NCBI GenBank assembly: GCA_051294375.1
Contig: CM119268.1
Span: forward strand, 11,195,710-11,259,709
DNA: 64,000 nt
Origin: Paraspadella gotoi
Taxonomy: Eukaryota > Animalia > Chaetognatha
Direction of reading: 5' to 3'
Notes under the pieces: model-generated
The model's input: the letters and a program-made list of their open reading frames with translations, nothing else
Told to the model about the DNA's origin: nothing
Databases searched by the model: none
Position numbers and translations under genes: made by a program
Shown here: one piece after another, positions 25,501-37,692 of the stretch
Layout of the letters: each line of letters starts with the position of its first letter
Numbering within the stretch: the stretch's first letter is position 1

Positions 25501-28500
25501 AAGACGTCGTCTTCAAATTTTCCGAAGATGCGGAGGCCTCCCGACCGCTCCTCGACACTCCCAATCACCCTGACACGCCCGCTTCGCCTCCGCTGCTGGC
25601 CCACGCCAACGTGCTCGCCTACTACAGCCCCGTATTTTCCGAGATCCTTAGGGAGGCGGAAAAGTTGGAAAGGGACGAGCAACACCGGATCGTGGTGGAC
25701 GTGAAGGATGTCTCCAGGAGAGACTACGAAGCCTTTTTAAGGGGAATGTACTCGCGGTTCACGGATCTGGGTGAGGAATGTTAGATATTTTAAATAGTTT
25801 AGACTTTGTGGGACATTGTAGGATCTCACGTTTTAAAATATTTCCAAAACAAGTCGAATTAAGCACTAAACTGCACGTCCCGTTGTTTCATTGAACGATA
25901 AACCTAAATGATTCTGTCACTTTTCTTGCTGCATTGATCTCGAGCATTCCCAAGCATTCCAAAGCAATCCTTCATCAAAGCCTCAAATCCTCTGTCCGCA
26001 GAATCCCGACGATCGGCGTCGACGACGATGTTCCGTTTGGCGCGAAAATTCCAACTTCCAGTCGACCTCGTGGAGAATCTCTTCTCGGCGACAAACGTTT
26101 GGAGATGTTTGGAGTTCGCCGTCGAGGATCCCGTCAAGGAATCGTTCTTGCTGCAGGTTGGTCTTTTGAAGGAGAAGAGGGTTGTCACTGCTGTTTATTC
26201 GGATGTCAAGTAGATCACAAGGTTGGTGGTGGAATGTGGATGACAGAGCCGTGGTAATTGAAGCCGTTGTGATTGTTGTTGTGGATGCAAGTTGCAGTTG
26301 AATTGCAACGACCTTTTTATTTTCATCTTTTATAAAGAAATGCGAGAAGATGCTTCGCCACAACCGGCGCTGTTTCTTCGACGCCGCCGCTCTCTCCGGC
26401 GTCGGCGGCGCCGCCATCGGACACGCCCTACGACGCCCGTCGCTTCCGCTGAGACGGAACGAGGTAAGGAAAAAAGCCCCAAAACTATAATGAGCGTGGA
26501 GCGGAATTAGTTCTACAATCTCATTTGCGTATTGTAGCAGTTTAGATTATTTCTTGTATCGCTTTAATTGACTTTCTAGAAGCAGTACATTTTTTATCAG
26601 GATTTCTTTTAAAAAATCAATTAATAATTCTGTTTCGCTTTGCAACTGTCGCATGTAATTAATAGATTTAAATTTGTTTTCTTCAGATTAAAGAATTCGT
26701 TTGCCTCTGGAAAACCGCGGGAGAGAACGGGGCAGGAAGAGGAGGAGCGAGAAACGAGGAGGTCGTGATGGAGGCGGTGATGGATCTCGTGACGAGCGAC
26801 GCCCAGTTGGGACTTCCGGTTTTGACCGTCACAGAGGCGGGGTCGTCCGGGGCGTCATTGGCTCCGTTTACCATCGCCTTTGACGAGGGAAAGTCGCTTC
26901 AAGCGACGCTAGATGACGTCCAGTTCGTGAGTCAAGTTCCCAAGGAGCTCATTTGTTTGAGGATGAAGAGAACGGGTAAAGGCCTAGCCGTAGGATTTTT
27001 TTTTTGTTTTCTTTTGAATTGAATTGAAACATTCTTTAAAACATTATACCACTTCATTGATAGGGAAGCCAGGTACTCTAAACCATTGGGCATTACTTTA
27101 TATTGTATATATATATTGTATATATATATTGTATATATATATTGTATACTTTATATAGAATACGATGCGAGAAGAGTCAAAATCAAAGTCGTGATGTAGT
27201 AATTCATTTATCATTCATCGAGCATTCATCGATCATTCATCAATCATCCAGGCGAAGACGTCGACGTCAACTCTAATCAAACTCTCACGTCTTTGGGTTT
27301 CCTCGAAGACGATCATCTCGAGCTTCGCGTCAGAAAGATGGTGCCAATTAAATATACTTTACTTGATAAATGATAACGTAATTATTATTTTTTATCAGGT
27401 TCGCTTATTCGCGGGCGGATGCGAGAACCGCGTCGACGTGAAGGACATGAAAATCGTGGACGAACTCCGAGAGATGGCGCGCGCCATTTTGGCCGCTGGA
27501 GGAGAGAGAAACGTGGGGAAGGGAGAGGTGGGTAGGTAGAGGGAGAAAATATCATAATGAAAAATGGGGGGAGGGAGAAATACGGGAAAATAAGGAGAGT
27601 GAAGTGGGAAAGAGGAATTAGATATGAAAAAGAGAGAGATGTAAGTTTAGGAATAAAGGAGTTGTGATGAAAGAGACGAAGAGAGAGAAGAAAAAATGAA
27701 AAATAGAAGAGAGTTAATGGGAGACGGATAAGAAACAGTGAGAAGAGAAATAAAAAAAGAAAAAAAGTTAAGTGAGTTTAGAAGAGAGGGAGAAAAGGAG
27801 AAAAGAAGAGAAGTGAGTGGTAGGTGAAAAAAAAGAGGGCAAATGGCATTGAGTAGGAGAAAGAAGACAGGGAAAAAGATAAACGAGCATTTTATGACTT
27901 TTTTTTTTCAAACTCTTCCTCTTCCAGGTCGTCCTCCTCAAAGACGGCGTCCCTCTCATCGACGGCGCCGACCTCTGCGTCTCCGGCGTCGTCGCCAACG
28001 CTAAAATCACAGCCAATCTCCTCCCCTCGTCTTCTTCTCCCTCCTTCCTTCCTTCCTCTTCATCCTCCACCACCTCCCCCACCCCTCATTCCAACCTGGC
28101 CGCCCATCCCTCCACCCTCCTCTCCTCTTCCTCCTCCTACGACTCCCGGCGCTCCCCGGCCCACGCTCTGCCCGGCGCCGTCGACGACGTCTGCTGGTGC
28201 GGCGCGGCCGAGGCGCCGGCCTGGTGGCGGGCCGAGTTTGCGGCGCCGCGGACGTTGAGGAGGGTGAGGTGGACGACTCACCCGGAGGAAGCGTGCGAGG
28301 GGGATAATCCCAAGGCGTTTAGGTCTGGAATGTTGGTGTTTTTGTTGCTTTTGTTGTTGTTACTGTTGTTGTTACTGTTTTCCCAAGGTTTTATTCATAG
28401 CCGAATAGATAGCATTGCTTTTGTAGCGAACATGACGACATGACATAACCGTTCATCGCGATCGGTGAAAGTGATCATGATTGTCGGTGACTTGAGACGC

Positions 28501-30601
28501 CAAAATATTAATCTTTTACTTATTATTTCCGTTAATATTTTTTTTCGTTTTTGTTGTCGTACCACTTTTAGAATCGAAGGTGGAAACCCGAGATCGACGC
28601 GCGACGCCCGCGGAAAATCCGGCGCCAAATCGAACGTCAAATCTTCCTCGAATCGACGCCACGGCGCCAACGACGACGACGACGGCATCAAGTGGACGAC
28701 GTTGTTGCGATGCGACGAAGACGAGAACGTCGAGGACGCGCCCCCCGGAGAAGAGCGCCTATTTGACCTCCACGACTTCGTCGGCGTCGCCTTCAAGTTT
28801 TGTCGCATCTACGTGGAGCGGACGAAGAAGGACGGAAACTTTCCCGTGCTGCACAGAGTCGTCATCGAGGCGGCCGATTAGAGGAAGATGCTGCGCCAAT
28901 AACGCGCTGGCGTCTATGCTGCTATTGCAGCTTGCTGTCGCCGCAGATAAGCTTACTCCCGAGTTGAGAATTACTTGTTTTATACCTTGTACATCGTTTT
29001 TTGATCTAATTTGGCAATGTGGTTCATAAAAATTGAGGAGAATAATATAAAGTCAGGGGCAAGATAGCTTATTTATTAAAGGAATGGATAATTTTTATAT
29101 TGGTTGTACCAATTTCATAAAAAATAACCCGATATTTTTACTTTCATCATTTTTTCGCTTCACCGTAAACTTACTTTGATCCCAGCTCGAAATCTGTTGT
29201 AATCATCGTGCCAAGACGTCGCTTTCACGTCCAAAATAGTTTTCTTCACGTCTCGCAAAATCTATAAAAGGAAAGATGAGTAATCCTAACCAGTAAACAG
29301 TAACAATGTATAGATTACATAATAATTAATTATGTATTGATATTGCCTAAAATTCTCTTATCTCTCCAATATCCAAACACTATTCCAAACACGAACCTGA
29401 AGGTTTTTATCGAAAGACTTTTCGATCTCCAAGATGCTTCTGGTGATTTCGGGGCCGCGTTGACCCGGAAATATCGGCATTGGGGTTTGGTTGCCGTCTT
29501 CTCGGCGCATAAAGTGAATCTGACACTCACAGACCTGAATGCAAACATTTTTGTAAACTTCTTTCATCTCATAATACCATAATTGAAAACCAAAAATTAA
29601 TTCGGCCACTTCACTCCCCTTGGCTGCTCGCTTGCGTCAGTGCATAAAAACGACTAAATACATATATCTGGAAAATTTGAACCACAGTGTGTAGTAACTG
29701 CAAGACATCTCACGATTGCTAACCTCCATCAAGTCCTTGCAGCGTTGAACGAAGGCGTCAATCTGGGCAAAGATACTGCTTTTGTCCAACAGCCATCCTT
29801 TTTCAGAAAACTTCCGGTGCATACGGGACTGAAAAAAATTTGGAATTTAATTTCAATTCAATATCCGTTTTAATCATAATAGCGAATAGGTCCTGGAAAC
29901 AAGGAGCCAATCAGATATCGCACTCGGTGACGATCGACCAATGGGAGACCTGGTTATCGTATGCCTCCTTCCAAGTGACGCAGCAGTCGACGCACTCCTG
30001 CAAAGTCACTGTCGACGATTTAACGTAGCCGTCGAAGATTCTCTCCAGGGAAGTCGCTTTGCAGCATCGTTGGATCACCTCGTTGCTCATCTTGCGGAAC
30101 AGGCCTTGGGGATTGGGGATGCGGGGAGGTTGGTTAATTTCACTAGTGGCGCTTCACGATAGCGAGGCCCTGTGATATTTTCCGTACTAAGCTCTTACAG
30201 TATTACGCTGGCTGAAAAACCCCTACCGGTGAGTCTCTCTCTGGAATTGTAGTGCTCGGAATTGATCCAGATGCATCGGATGAGCGAAATGATTTTAAGG
30301 AGCAGTTTGGGGATGTCCTTCGGTTGCGCTTGGGTCAGTTCCTCGCAGGGTCCCTCCAGCACCATGAGGAACTTGAGGTTGCTCTGTGCTTGCGCGGAAC
30401 CGTCTTGGATCTGATGGAATAGGGGGCAAAGATTTTAACGAAGTCATTTTGAAAAATATCGCATACGATGGACCCACTTTTTTAGATAGACGTGAAAAGG
30501 GAGCGACGTAGGATGATTTTGCCGTTTCAAGAATTTGTTGAATTTTTTTCACTCCTGTCGATCAAAAAATTGACAAGATAAGTGGCTTTTACTGGACTGA
30601 C

Positions 30602-30686
<85 letters not shown>

Positions 30687-33600
30687 GGCTATATGCTCTC
30701 GACAATTTTTCTCTTATGATTAAAGCTTATTTGCATATTGTAGTATTTAAAGTCTTAAACATAATTTTTTTTTTGTAAATGGATCGATAAATTTTTTTAA
30801 AAAATCAGGACAAGATAATTGTCGTAGACTGAAAGCATGTAAGTTAACAAAATAAGATTTTAATCTGATAGATTATTTTTAACTATGATCCTTTCTAATG
30901 TGATAACTATAACAATTTCATTTGAACGGATAAAAGGATACCCGTCTTTGATAGAATTAGAGATTAATCCGATGCTCTTTTGTCTCTTAAATTATTTGGG
31001 AAGCTCCTAGTACAAGGACGGGAGCTAATTGTTTTAATAGTTTTAATATTCCCCTATGCCTATTTACATATTGCAGTATTTCAAGTCAATCAGAATGCCC
31101 TTTAAGACTATTTCACATAACTTCCAGAAATTTAGTATGGCTAAATTTTATAACAATCATTTTAGTATACTGAAAAAATGTTAGTTTGGAAGTGAATCTT
31201 AATCTGATAAGCCTAATCTACATCCTTTTTAGATAAATGGAAAAAGACTTTCAGATGGAGGAATAAATAGACACCGGCCGAGACGGTGAGATAATAACGT
31301 TGCTATTTTGTCTTTTTATTTGGGAAGCTCCTTAGAACGGGAGCTGATGATTAAGTGCAACGTAACACGTAATATAGCCGTCCCGTAATATTCGTGTTAA
31401 TATCTTTCTCTTGCCTGATTTGTCGAGCTGTTGGCTGAGTCCCGAGAGATCGACGCATCGCGATCTCCAAAACTCGATCTCGTCGAGCGGACCAGAATTC
31501 TCCACAGTCTCGAAGGCGTCTTGGGAGCTGAGCACCTCTTTGATCTGCCGCGTCCAGTGTATCATAGCCGTCTCGAGCCTAAATTTTATGTTTTTTAATG
31601 ATTATTTTTTAAAAACACGCGACAGTTGACTAAATTCGAGTATGACGAAAGACTGATCAAAAGACTGGAACTTATACATAATTATAATGACTATAGTCTA
31701 TCGACTATAGATTATATAGAATATATAGAATAGATTAAGTAATCGACGTAAGCCGACATTACGATTAACAGCGACAGTTCACAAATAATTAAAAAACAAC
31801 AAATCGTAGCATTTTTTCCATGTACTACTCTTTCCCGCCGCTACCCCGCCCAACTCATTCCCACCTCTGCACAAGCTCCTTGTTCCGGGCGGCCACCTCA
31901 GGGTCCTTGTTGACTCCCTCCTGCGGAATATATAGCACGGTGTGCCCGTCGAGCTTGTGTTTGGTGTCAGTGAGACTGCCCATAAATTTGTGGAGCTGAG
32001 CCGAAAACTCATTCTTGATGGAATCGGGCCACGTGCGGTTCTCGAAGAACATTGGCGCGTACACGTTGTACATGAGACGCATGAGGCAATCTGGGGGTTG
32101 GAGCGTAAAACACATTATGAATGCTATGAAAAACAACTACTAGTCTAAAATTTAGAGAATAGTTGACAGAAAGACGTCAGAAAATGAAAAGAAATGGTGG
32201 CAAAATGAAAATTGTAAAAGAGAGCATGATAAAGAGTATTACTATTAAGGACCTTTTTGGGGCAACTACTAAACGGAGAAATAATACGCTAAAATCGATA
32301 TCATTTTAAATAAATAATCGAAGTAAACAATTTTGAATATATTATTCCCTTCACACACCGATCTGTCTCTGACCGACGCCTCTGATAAGCCCCATCTGTA
32401 CGTTGAAGGCGAAGTTGGAGGACGTCACCCTCGGCACCACCTGGAATTAGAAGATGACAAAATTCAGTTCTGTGGAGATGTATTCATCAATTAGGTATGA
32501 AGTTAAAACAATAAATTTTACTTGAGTGACGCTGTTTGGTATTTTGAGGAGATAGAATATTTCCTCGGCGGGATTGCAGGGAATCTGATGCTCCACCGAT
32601 AGGCCCACCACGCTGTCCATGTAGAAGGCGAGGAGTCTGAGGACAGTGTTAAATGGATCGATGAATCAAGTAGTAAGAAAAGGAAAGAAAAAAAACACAA
32701 GAAGAAAAAACAAACAAACCCCCAAAAAAATCAATTTTCGCGAATCACCCTGTTAAAATTAATTCATAAGAATAAAAATTAAGAAAAATTTTTAAAAATA
32801 TCTTCTCATTCTACTTGCCCCCCCCCCACCTAATCACCTGTGACCATCGTCGTTAAACCAAGCGTCGATGGCGGCGTGATGTTCCTCGGTCCACATTTCC
32901 GGCGCGCACTTTGACAGCGTCACTCTCTCCTTGACGACGACGCGTCTTTTGTTTCGCTCCTCCAACTCTTCCTCCGTCAGCGCCACCTCATCCGCCACGC
33001 CGCCGCCGCCGCCGCCCACGGCGCTCAGCGTCTCGTCGCGGGCGGCGTCAGCGGCGCTGTCGTCCCCGGTTTCTTGAAGAAAAAAAAAGTTTGGTTGTTT
33101 TTATCGTTTCGTTTTATGAAATTACTTGTTTTTTTTTATTTTTTAGATTTAAAATAACTATTATTTATGATTTTATTTATTTGTTAAAATATTTTTGTGT
33201 TAAATATTTAAATTTAATATTTATCTGTTTGGGATGGTGACGTTAGTATTGTCTTCTGGAAATAAAGGGTGCATCTACACAACACAAGGTTATATTACTT
33301 TCTCTTCCAGTTTTCTAATAGATAGCATATGGCCCATAATTATTGAGACAAAAGATTGAATGTGTTACAGTTTATAACATTTTATTGTAAATATAAATAC
33401 AAAATATATTTTTTTAATACTAATAACGTTAACTAAATACAGACGAACAAGTTGAACCAAAAAAAGTCACAATTTTCTAGTGAAATGTGGTGTAGGGACC
33501 TTTAAATCGAGACGCCAGCTTTCTCGTAGAAAACCCAACTTTATTTTCCATTCCTTTCACGATGGTGCGCAACTGTCTTGCCGTGAGTTTTCTTGGCCGC

Positions 33601-34330
33601 CCTGCGCCTTTTTTGTGTTTGAGAGTATCTCCAGACTTTACTCTTTGTATTACGCGATATATAGATGGACGGCTAACATTTAACTTCAAAAAATACTGTA
33701 AAGTAAATGCTGTTCCTTCTTGTTCATGATTTTGGTAGAATTGGGCAATGACTTGACGGCGCGCTTCAGAGGAAATTGACTGCATCTTGAGCTTCCAAAG
33801 GGCCGATAAAAAAAAAATTCACAGTTTGGTAGACAAACATCCTAGGCTTTATTTAAAAAAAAAGAGCTTTCTACGGCGTCCTGGACGCCGTCTACAGGCC
33901 CCGGAAGCCGTCTCAATAATTATGGGCCAGATGTTATCATACGTATCGTATGTATGATTACATTCGCTCCTTCGTTTTTTTGTTTAAATTGTTTATTTTG
34001 TTAATATTTATTTTGTGCAGGTCCTCGTGATCTACAAACGAGGACGTTACCATGAGTGAAAATCGTCGAATCATCATCATCATCATCATAGCAGATCAAC
34101 ACAGCGGTCGCGTTCATTAAATCACTATTAAAAAGATATAATCACAACGATAACGACGACAACAATGTCGATATAGTTCAAACGGCCTCACCTGACGAGA
34201 GTCCGTGGGTGGGCGAGGCCGACGAGGGCTGCTCCTGCGACCCACCTGCCGACCCCGTTTTGTAGCCCGACTCCCCTCCCTCTCGCTCCAGCGGCGAACC
34301 GCTCTTGGGGCGGGAGCTCGAGTCCGCCAT
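1511..34330 (-). CDS. DNAH2: Axonemal dynein heavy chain 2-like, N-terminal tail region (multi-exon, continues left of the window)
   Basis: Exon peptides match DNAH2 in order: [14 protein letters not shown]...[13 protein letters not shown] (~31415-31578), [69 protein letters not shown] (~14620-14812), [13 protein letters not shown]...[32 protein letters not shown]...HEQFAILDK (1511-1643). Putative start MADSSSRPK at 34330. Exons within 12.2-16.4 kb carry indel noise. Confidence 0.93.
1968..2403 (-). CDS. HSP70: Cytosolic Hsp70, C-terminal part (cut by the N gap)
   Basis: [32 protein letters not shown]...GPTVEEVD*; EEVD terminus. Confidence 0.95.
2404..2449. other. 25-N assembly gap followed by a possible SMRTbell adapter-like remnant
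   Basis: Exactly 25 N, then aaaaaaaaaagaggaggagat, which resembles the adapter end AAAAGAGAGAGAT and has no counterpart beyond the right arm end (18280). Confidence 0.5.
9600..11190 (+). CDS. HSP70: Hsp70 N-terminal ~80% (indel-riddled consensus)
   Basis: MKSPAI(G)[11 protein letters not shown]... through ...DANGILNVSAKDKST. It ends in atcgacg, the same bases that begin the minus-strand C-terminal piece at 2403. Confidence 0.85.
11191..11560 (-). CDS. HSP70: Hsp70 N-terminal fragment (redundant copy in the right arm)
   Basis: [45 protein letters not shown]...EEISSMVLT, then an abrupt junction. Confidence 0.9.
11809..11974 (-). promoter_or_regulatory. Hsp70 promoter: TATA box plus heat-shock elements
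   Basis: TATAAAA at ~11810-11816 on the minus strand. Alternating nGAAn/nTTCn arrays at 11843-11867 (agaag attct cgaag cctcg ggaaa) and 11945-11974 (agaag tttcg agaag tttcg agagc gttca). Mirror copy at ~9170-9346. Confidence 0.85.
16820..16990 (+). mobile_element. tRNA-derived SINE-like element (mirror copy ~3815-3985)
   Basis: A-box-like TGGCGTAAGAG and B-box-like GGTTCGTGCC at tRNA-like spacing, followed by a hairpin-rich body and an AT-rich tail. Confidence 0.5.
17090..17530. mobile_element. Possible DINE/Helentron-like non-autonomous element (mirror copy ~3230-3710)
   Basis: (CAGT)n/(GTCT)-type microsatellite near one end and GC-rich small hairpins; ends not resolved. Confidence 0.3.
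17628..19974 (+). CDS. CmcJ/NvfI (AsaB-like) putative Fe/2-oxoglutarate oxygenase, 4 exons (17628-17741, 18061-18313, 18770-18975, 19582-19974)
   Basis: Family-type motifs: [45 protein letters not shown] (HxD), [11 protein letters not shown]...[54 protein letters not shown] introns with consistent phases. Confidence 0.85.
18565..18727. mobile_element. Fold-back copy of the hammerhead-bearing repeat (~56-bp perfect inverted arms)
   Basis: tgggcaaaatg...aaacgtaca / tgtacgttt...cattttgccca around the loop tgtttcggctt; matches 568-672. Confidence 0.75.
19240..19430 (+). mobile_element. tRNA-derived SINE-like element carrying a twister ribozyme
   Basis: A box TGGCTCATTGAG (~19247) and B box GGTTCAATCC (19291), followed within ~10 nt of the tRNA-like end by the twister fold. 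Confidence 0.7.
19319..19397 (+). ncRNA. Type-P5 twister ribozyme (predicted cleavage U19341/A19342)
   Basis: P5 gcggg/cccgt; aa; P2' gcgt; GA-GGA; P1 cggccg; UAA; P2 gcc; GCC; P3 ttggggg/ccctcaa; g; P4 cctgg/ccagg; L4 U-UCC-AAGC. The T1 pseudoknot is UCC/GGA and T2 is GC/GC. Confidence 0.8.
20694..20740. repeat. Near-perfect 47-bp palindrome
   Basis: aatcgacagatttt(t)gcggaaaat|attttccgcaaaatctgtcgatt. Confidence 0.85.
25125..25245 (+). repeat. 21-bp tandem repeat (gacgacgatattgacgacgga) x ~5, preceded by (gattcacg) x ~4 at ~25010-25050
   Basis: Read directly from the sequence. Confidence 0.9.
25440..28881 (+). CDS. BTB/BACK-like - two ubiquitin-like - F5/8 type C (discoidin/galactose-binding-like) protein, multi-exon, nested antisense in a dynein intron
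   Basis: QDVVFKF...[19 protein letters not shown]...[16 protein letters not shown] (BTB); [20 protein letters not shown] and [29 protein letters not shown] (UBL-like); [15 protein letters not shown]...CWC...AWWRAEF...NPKAFRIEG...WTTLL...FKFCRIYV (F5/8C-like). Confidence 0.65.
30970..31350 (+). repeat. Two copies of a short repeat ending in an agctcc...ggagct hairpin (~30975-31030, ~31300-31350)
   Basis: Shared tgct.ttttgtct...atttgggaagctcc...acgggagct; possible rolling-circle element 3' ends. Confidence 0.45.
33325..33934 (-). mobile_element. Internally deleted Tc1/mariner-superfamily element
   Basis: TIR core tggcccataattattgagac / gtctcaataattatgggcca, flanked by TA on both sides. ORF 33477-33785 encodes only the HTH region with GAGRPRK and lacks the DDE/D domain. 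Confidence 0.88.
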
Positions 34331-36090
34331 CTCTCTCTCTCGCGGGGTCCGTGGGGGTGATTTGAAGGGAATGGGGCAAAATGAATAATGGGCGACTGAA
34401 TAGGGAATTGAGAGGGAATCTCTTTTTGGTTTTGTCTTTTGTTTTGTCAGGTGAGATCCGTGACTGGTGAGTTAAGTTGCTGACTGCGATTCGACGTCCG
34501 AACGGCGTGGAGAATGTGACGGAAGAATGTTGTTGTTGTTGTTAGTCGGTTGAATTCATATTTAATACATGGGAAAATGGACATCCACGATTGAGCATGA
34601 GACCTGAACAATGTTCAGTGAACATTAGGATTTACATATCTCATATTATGTGTAAAGATTATTCGAATGATTTTAAACACCATGTCGCGGTTACTTTCCA
34701 GCTATTTTTCGGCATTTTAATGTAAGAATCGAAAGAAAAAAGAATTGTCTCAATTATGTACGACAAAAAACCCAAGAGTTCTATACAAAAGAAAATTATG
34801 TTTCCTTCTTTTTTATCTTTTTCATTTCTACACTTTTTATTTATATTAATTTCCTGTTCTTTTTTGTTACTTTTTGAGTTAAACCGTTACTATTACAAAT
34901 CCCTGCCTTTTATTAGTCTCATGTTAAATGGTTATTGCATCATCTCCATTATGATAGATTCAGGGATGAATCTTAATTCATATGGCAAAAAAGAGCGGTA
35001 TTAAAAATACATGTAAATGCGGTAGATGCTGTAGATGCTCCAGAATATTATTTTTATATTGTAAAGTATCAATAAAAGTTATAAGGCCCGGTAACCTTTC
35101 TGTAAGCAAAATTATCATTTTTATTTACCTGTCGATGTTTATCAGAACCAAATATCAAACGAGTCAAAAAAGATTTTGTTGAAGTAAAAGACAATGCATC
35201 ATCACATTATGCAGTAACAACTGGTTTACTTTATAGCCTATATCTTAAGGGTGTATTCTTTTTTCAATATTACTTGCATTTAAAATATTGCATAATACAA
35301 TATATTGCATATAATATTATCCAATTTTTTAAATATTGAAATCGGGGAACACATTTCCTGCTCCGCCAGCATTTATAATCAAGGTACTATAATTTATGAA
35401 AAATTGCAAGATTACTTCTTTTACTCTATTAGACTTTAAAATTTTATATTAAAATTTAATTAATAAATATAAAAATTTAAAAACAAGAGGATTAATATTG
35501 TATGAAAATTTGCAAATTACTTGTTTCACTATTTTCTATTTATATTTTATGAAGGATTTAGTATATAATATTATGAAATATTTTAAATTTGATATTTGAG
35601 AATGAAATTAACCGACTTTTCCAAATCGCGACAAATTTTTTTATCATGGTATTCGCGACTTACCTGTTTTAGACTTTCGTTACATATTGGGTTTAAAAAT
35701 CCTGTATTCATTAAGAGTACGTTAAATTATAAAATTGACAGGTCGTATTAAGGTTGCATTATTCTCTTGAGTGTATATGATACCGGGACGACCTTGATAG
35801 ACGGTTTGAAAAATAAACCGTTCAATCTTATTCGTGCCGCTTATTTATTATTTCGGTCTTTCGTGTTGCACCATATTCCAGTAAAAAAAAAATCGAAATT
35901 TCTATCCCGGGGCAACTTGGAACGATAACGGCTTGTTAGGACAAAATTTGTTACGCGTCGGAGTACTAACTGATAAACTTCGAAAAAGTTTTTGTGTTTG
36001 GCGTCTGATCGTAGCCAAGGTAACCTGATTTCTGATTCGAGGAAGACAATCTGGCCTAAGATTTGAAGATCAAGAACGAAAATGGGAAAC

Positions 36091-36238
36091 ATTACTATAT
36101 GTAATTGGGTGAAGTGTGCGAGAATGAAACGTATTATTATTATTATTATATTACATCGCAGCTCGGGAAAGAAAGATATAGAATAGCTACATTTAATTTA
36201 AGAACTGGAAGGGGGAGAGAGGAGAGAGAGATGAGAGA

Positions 36239-36308
<70 letters not shown>

Positions 36309-36484
36309 AAAACTGGAAAATGTGAATATTACTATATGTAATGGGTGAAGTGTGCGAGTTAAAACATTATTTTTCCTTTTAAGATAGTAGTATCGCAGTT
36401 CAAGGGAAAGGAAGATAAAGAATAGCTATATTGTAATTTATTTAAGAAAAGGAGGAAGGAGAGAGAAGAGGAGAGAGAAGAGAG

Positions 36485-36519
<35 letters not shown>

Positions 36520-36570
36520 AGAGAGAGGTTAAAAGAGGAAGAAAGGGGGAAAAATAGAGAGAAATAGAGT
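36091..36570 (+). repeat. Imperfect tandem duplication (~240-bp unit) containing (GA)n microsatellites
   Basis: attactatatgtaat(t)gggtgaagtgtgcgag...atcgcag...agaatagcta occurs at ~36091 and ~36328. Confidence 0.7.
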
Positions 36571-36698
36571 GGACAAAAACGCAAACGCTCAAGTTTGATG
36601 ATTGAATGTTAATAAACTTATGACAGTAGCTCTTAGAATTCAAAGCTGTTTAATAATGTTTTCTTTGATAAAACTGTCCATCCGGAGTCATTAAACAT

Positions 36699-37324
36699 TA
36701 GGGTGGAGTGATGAAAAGATGAGTGATTGAACATTATTTTTTTGCTGCCTATGGACATATAATTAATGAATTTTAAATCCTTTTTAAAAAAAAATTAGCA
36801 TAACAGTATAGCAAATTCAAATATTTTATGTAGTAATATCCTTATAAAATCGTCAAATTTTAAAATAATTTTTTTTTATTTTTAAGAACTGATTTGGATT
36901 CACTGTAAAAAACTAAGAAACTTTTATAAAAATTATTATATGATATTTTAATGTTTAGATCACAAAAAATGACTAAAACGTTTTAACATATATAAGTTTC
37001 TACTACAGAGAATAAAAAAGTCAGGAATTTTTACCTTTTTTCTTATTTTAAATATTGAAGATGACAGAATTTTTCATAACATGTTTTATATTTTGATTCA
37101 ACTTTTTATGAAGAATCTGAATCTTTAATAAAAGTTTTATAAAAATTATTTTTACAATTATTATTTTATAAGGATATTACTACAAATATATTATATTTTA
37201 CTATTCTGTTCCCGAGATAATATGAACAAAATATTTTTTGTACTAGTTAATCATACTATCTTACATCTAAATATCATTGTTCGATCATTCAAATAAATTT
37301 TTTGTTCTTGAGTGCTCCACTCTA
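36699..37324. mobile_element. AT-rich MITE-like element with long imperfect terminal inverted repeats
   Basis: Ends tagggtggag / ctccactcta; internal mirror tagtaatatccttataaaat (~36831) / attttataaggatattacta (~37163). Confidence 0.6.
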
Positions 37325-37692
37325 TTAAACATACTTATATTCAACCTTTTACGCTGATGAAACTGATCTCTTAAACGGATGGGACGAACTGTCAAACAAG
37401 CGGGAAGTGACTCTGCGTCTGTTACAAAAAAAAAAGCAGTTGTTGGCTTTTCGCTCAAAAATCATCGACTTGTAGCCCAAAAGCGGCGACCTTCAAGGTT
37501 CAAGAAGTTCTCTCTCTCGCTCTCTCTGTTTATTTCTTTTTCTTTATTCATTTAGAAACAATAATAAGCAATTTAAATCTGCAGCTACACTATCTTATGA
37601 TCATATTTTTGTAAATAACTTTGTTTTTTATAACTTTATGAGCTTCATAAATTAAATAATATGGTGGACTAAAATTCACCAACCGTTCATCA

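Noticed and set aside
36105-36341. RE-repeat or SL-repeat proteins (also 272-454 and 55863-56051)
   Set aside because: These are translations of (GA)n/(CT)n microsatellites.
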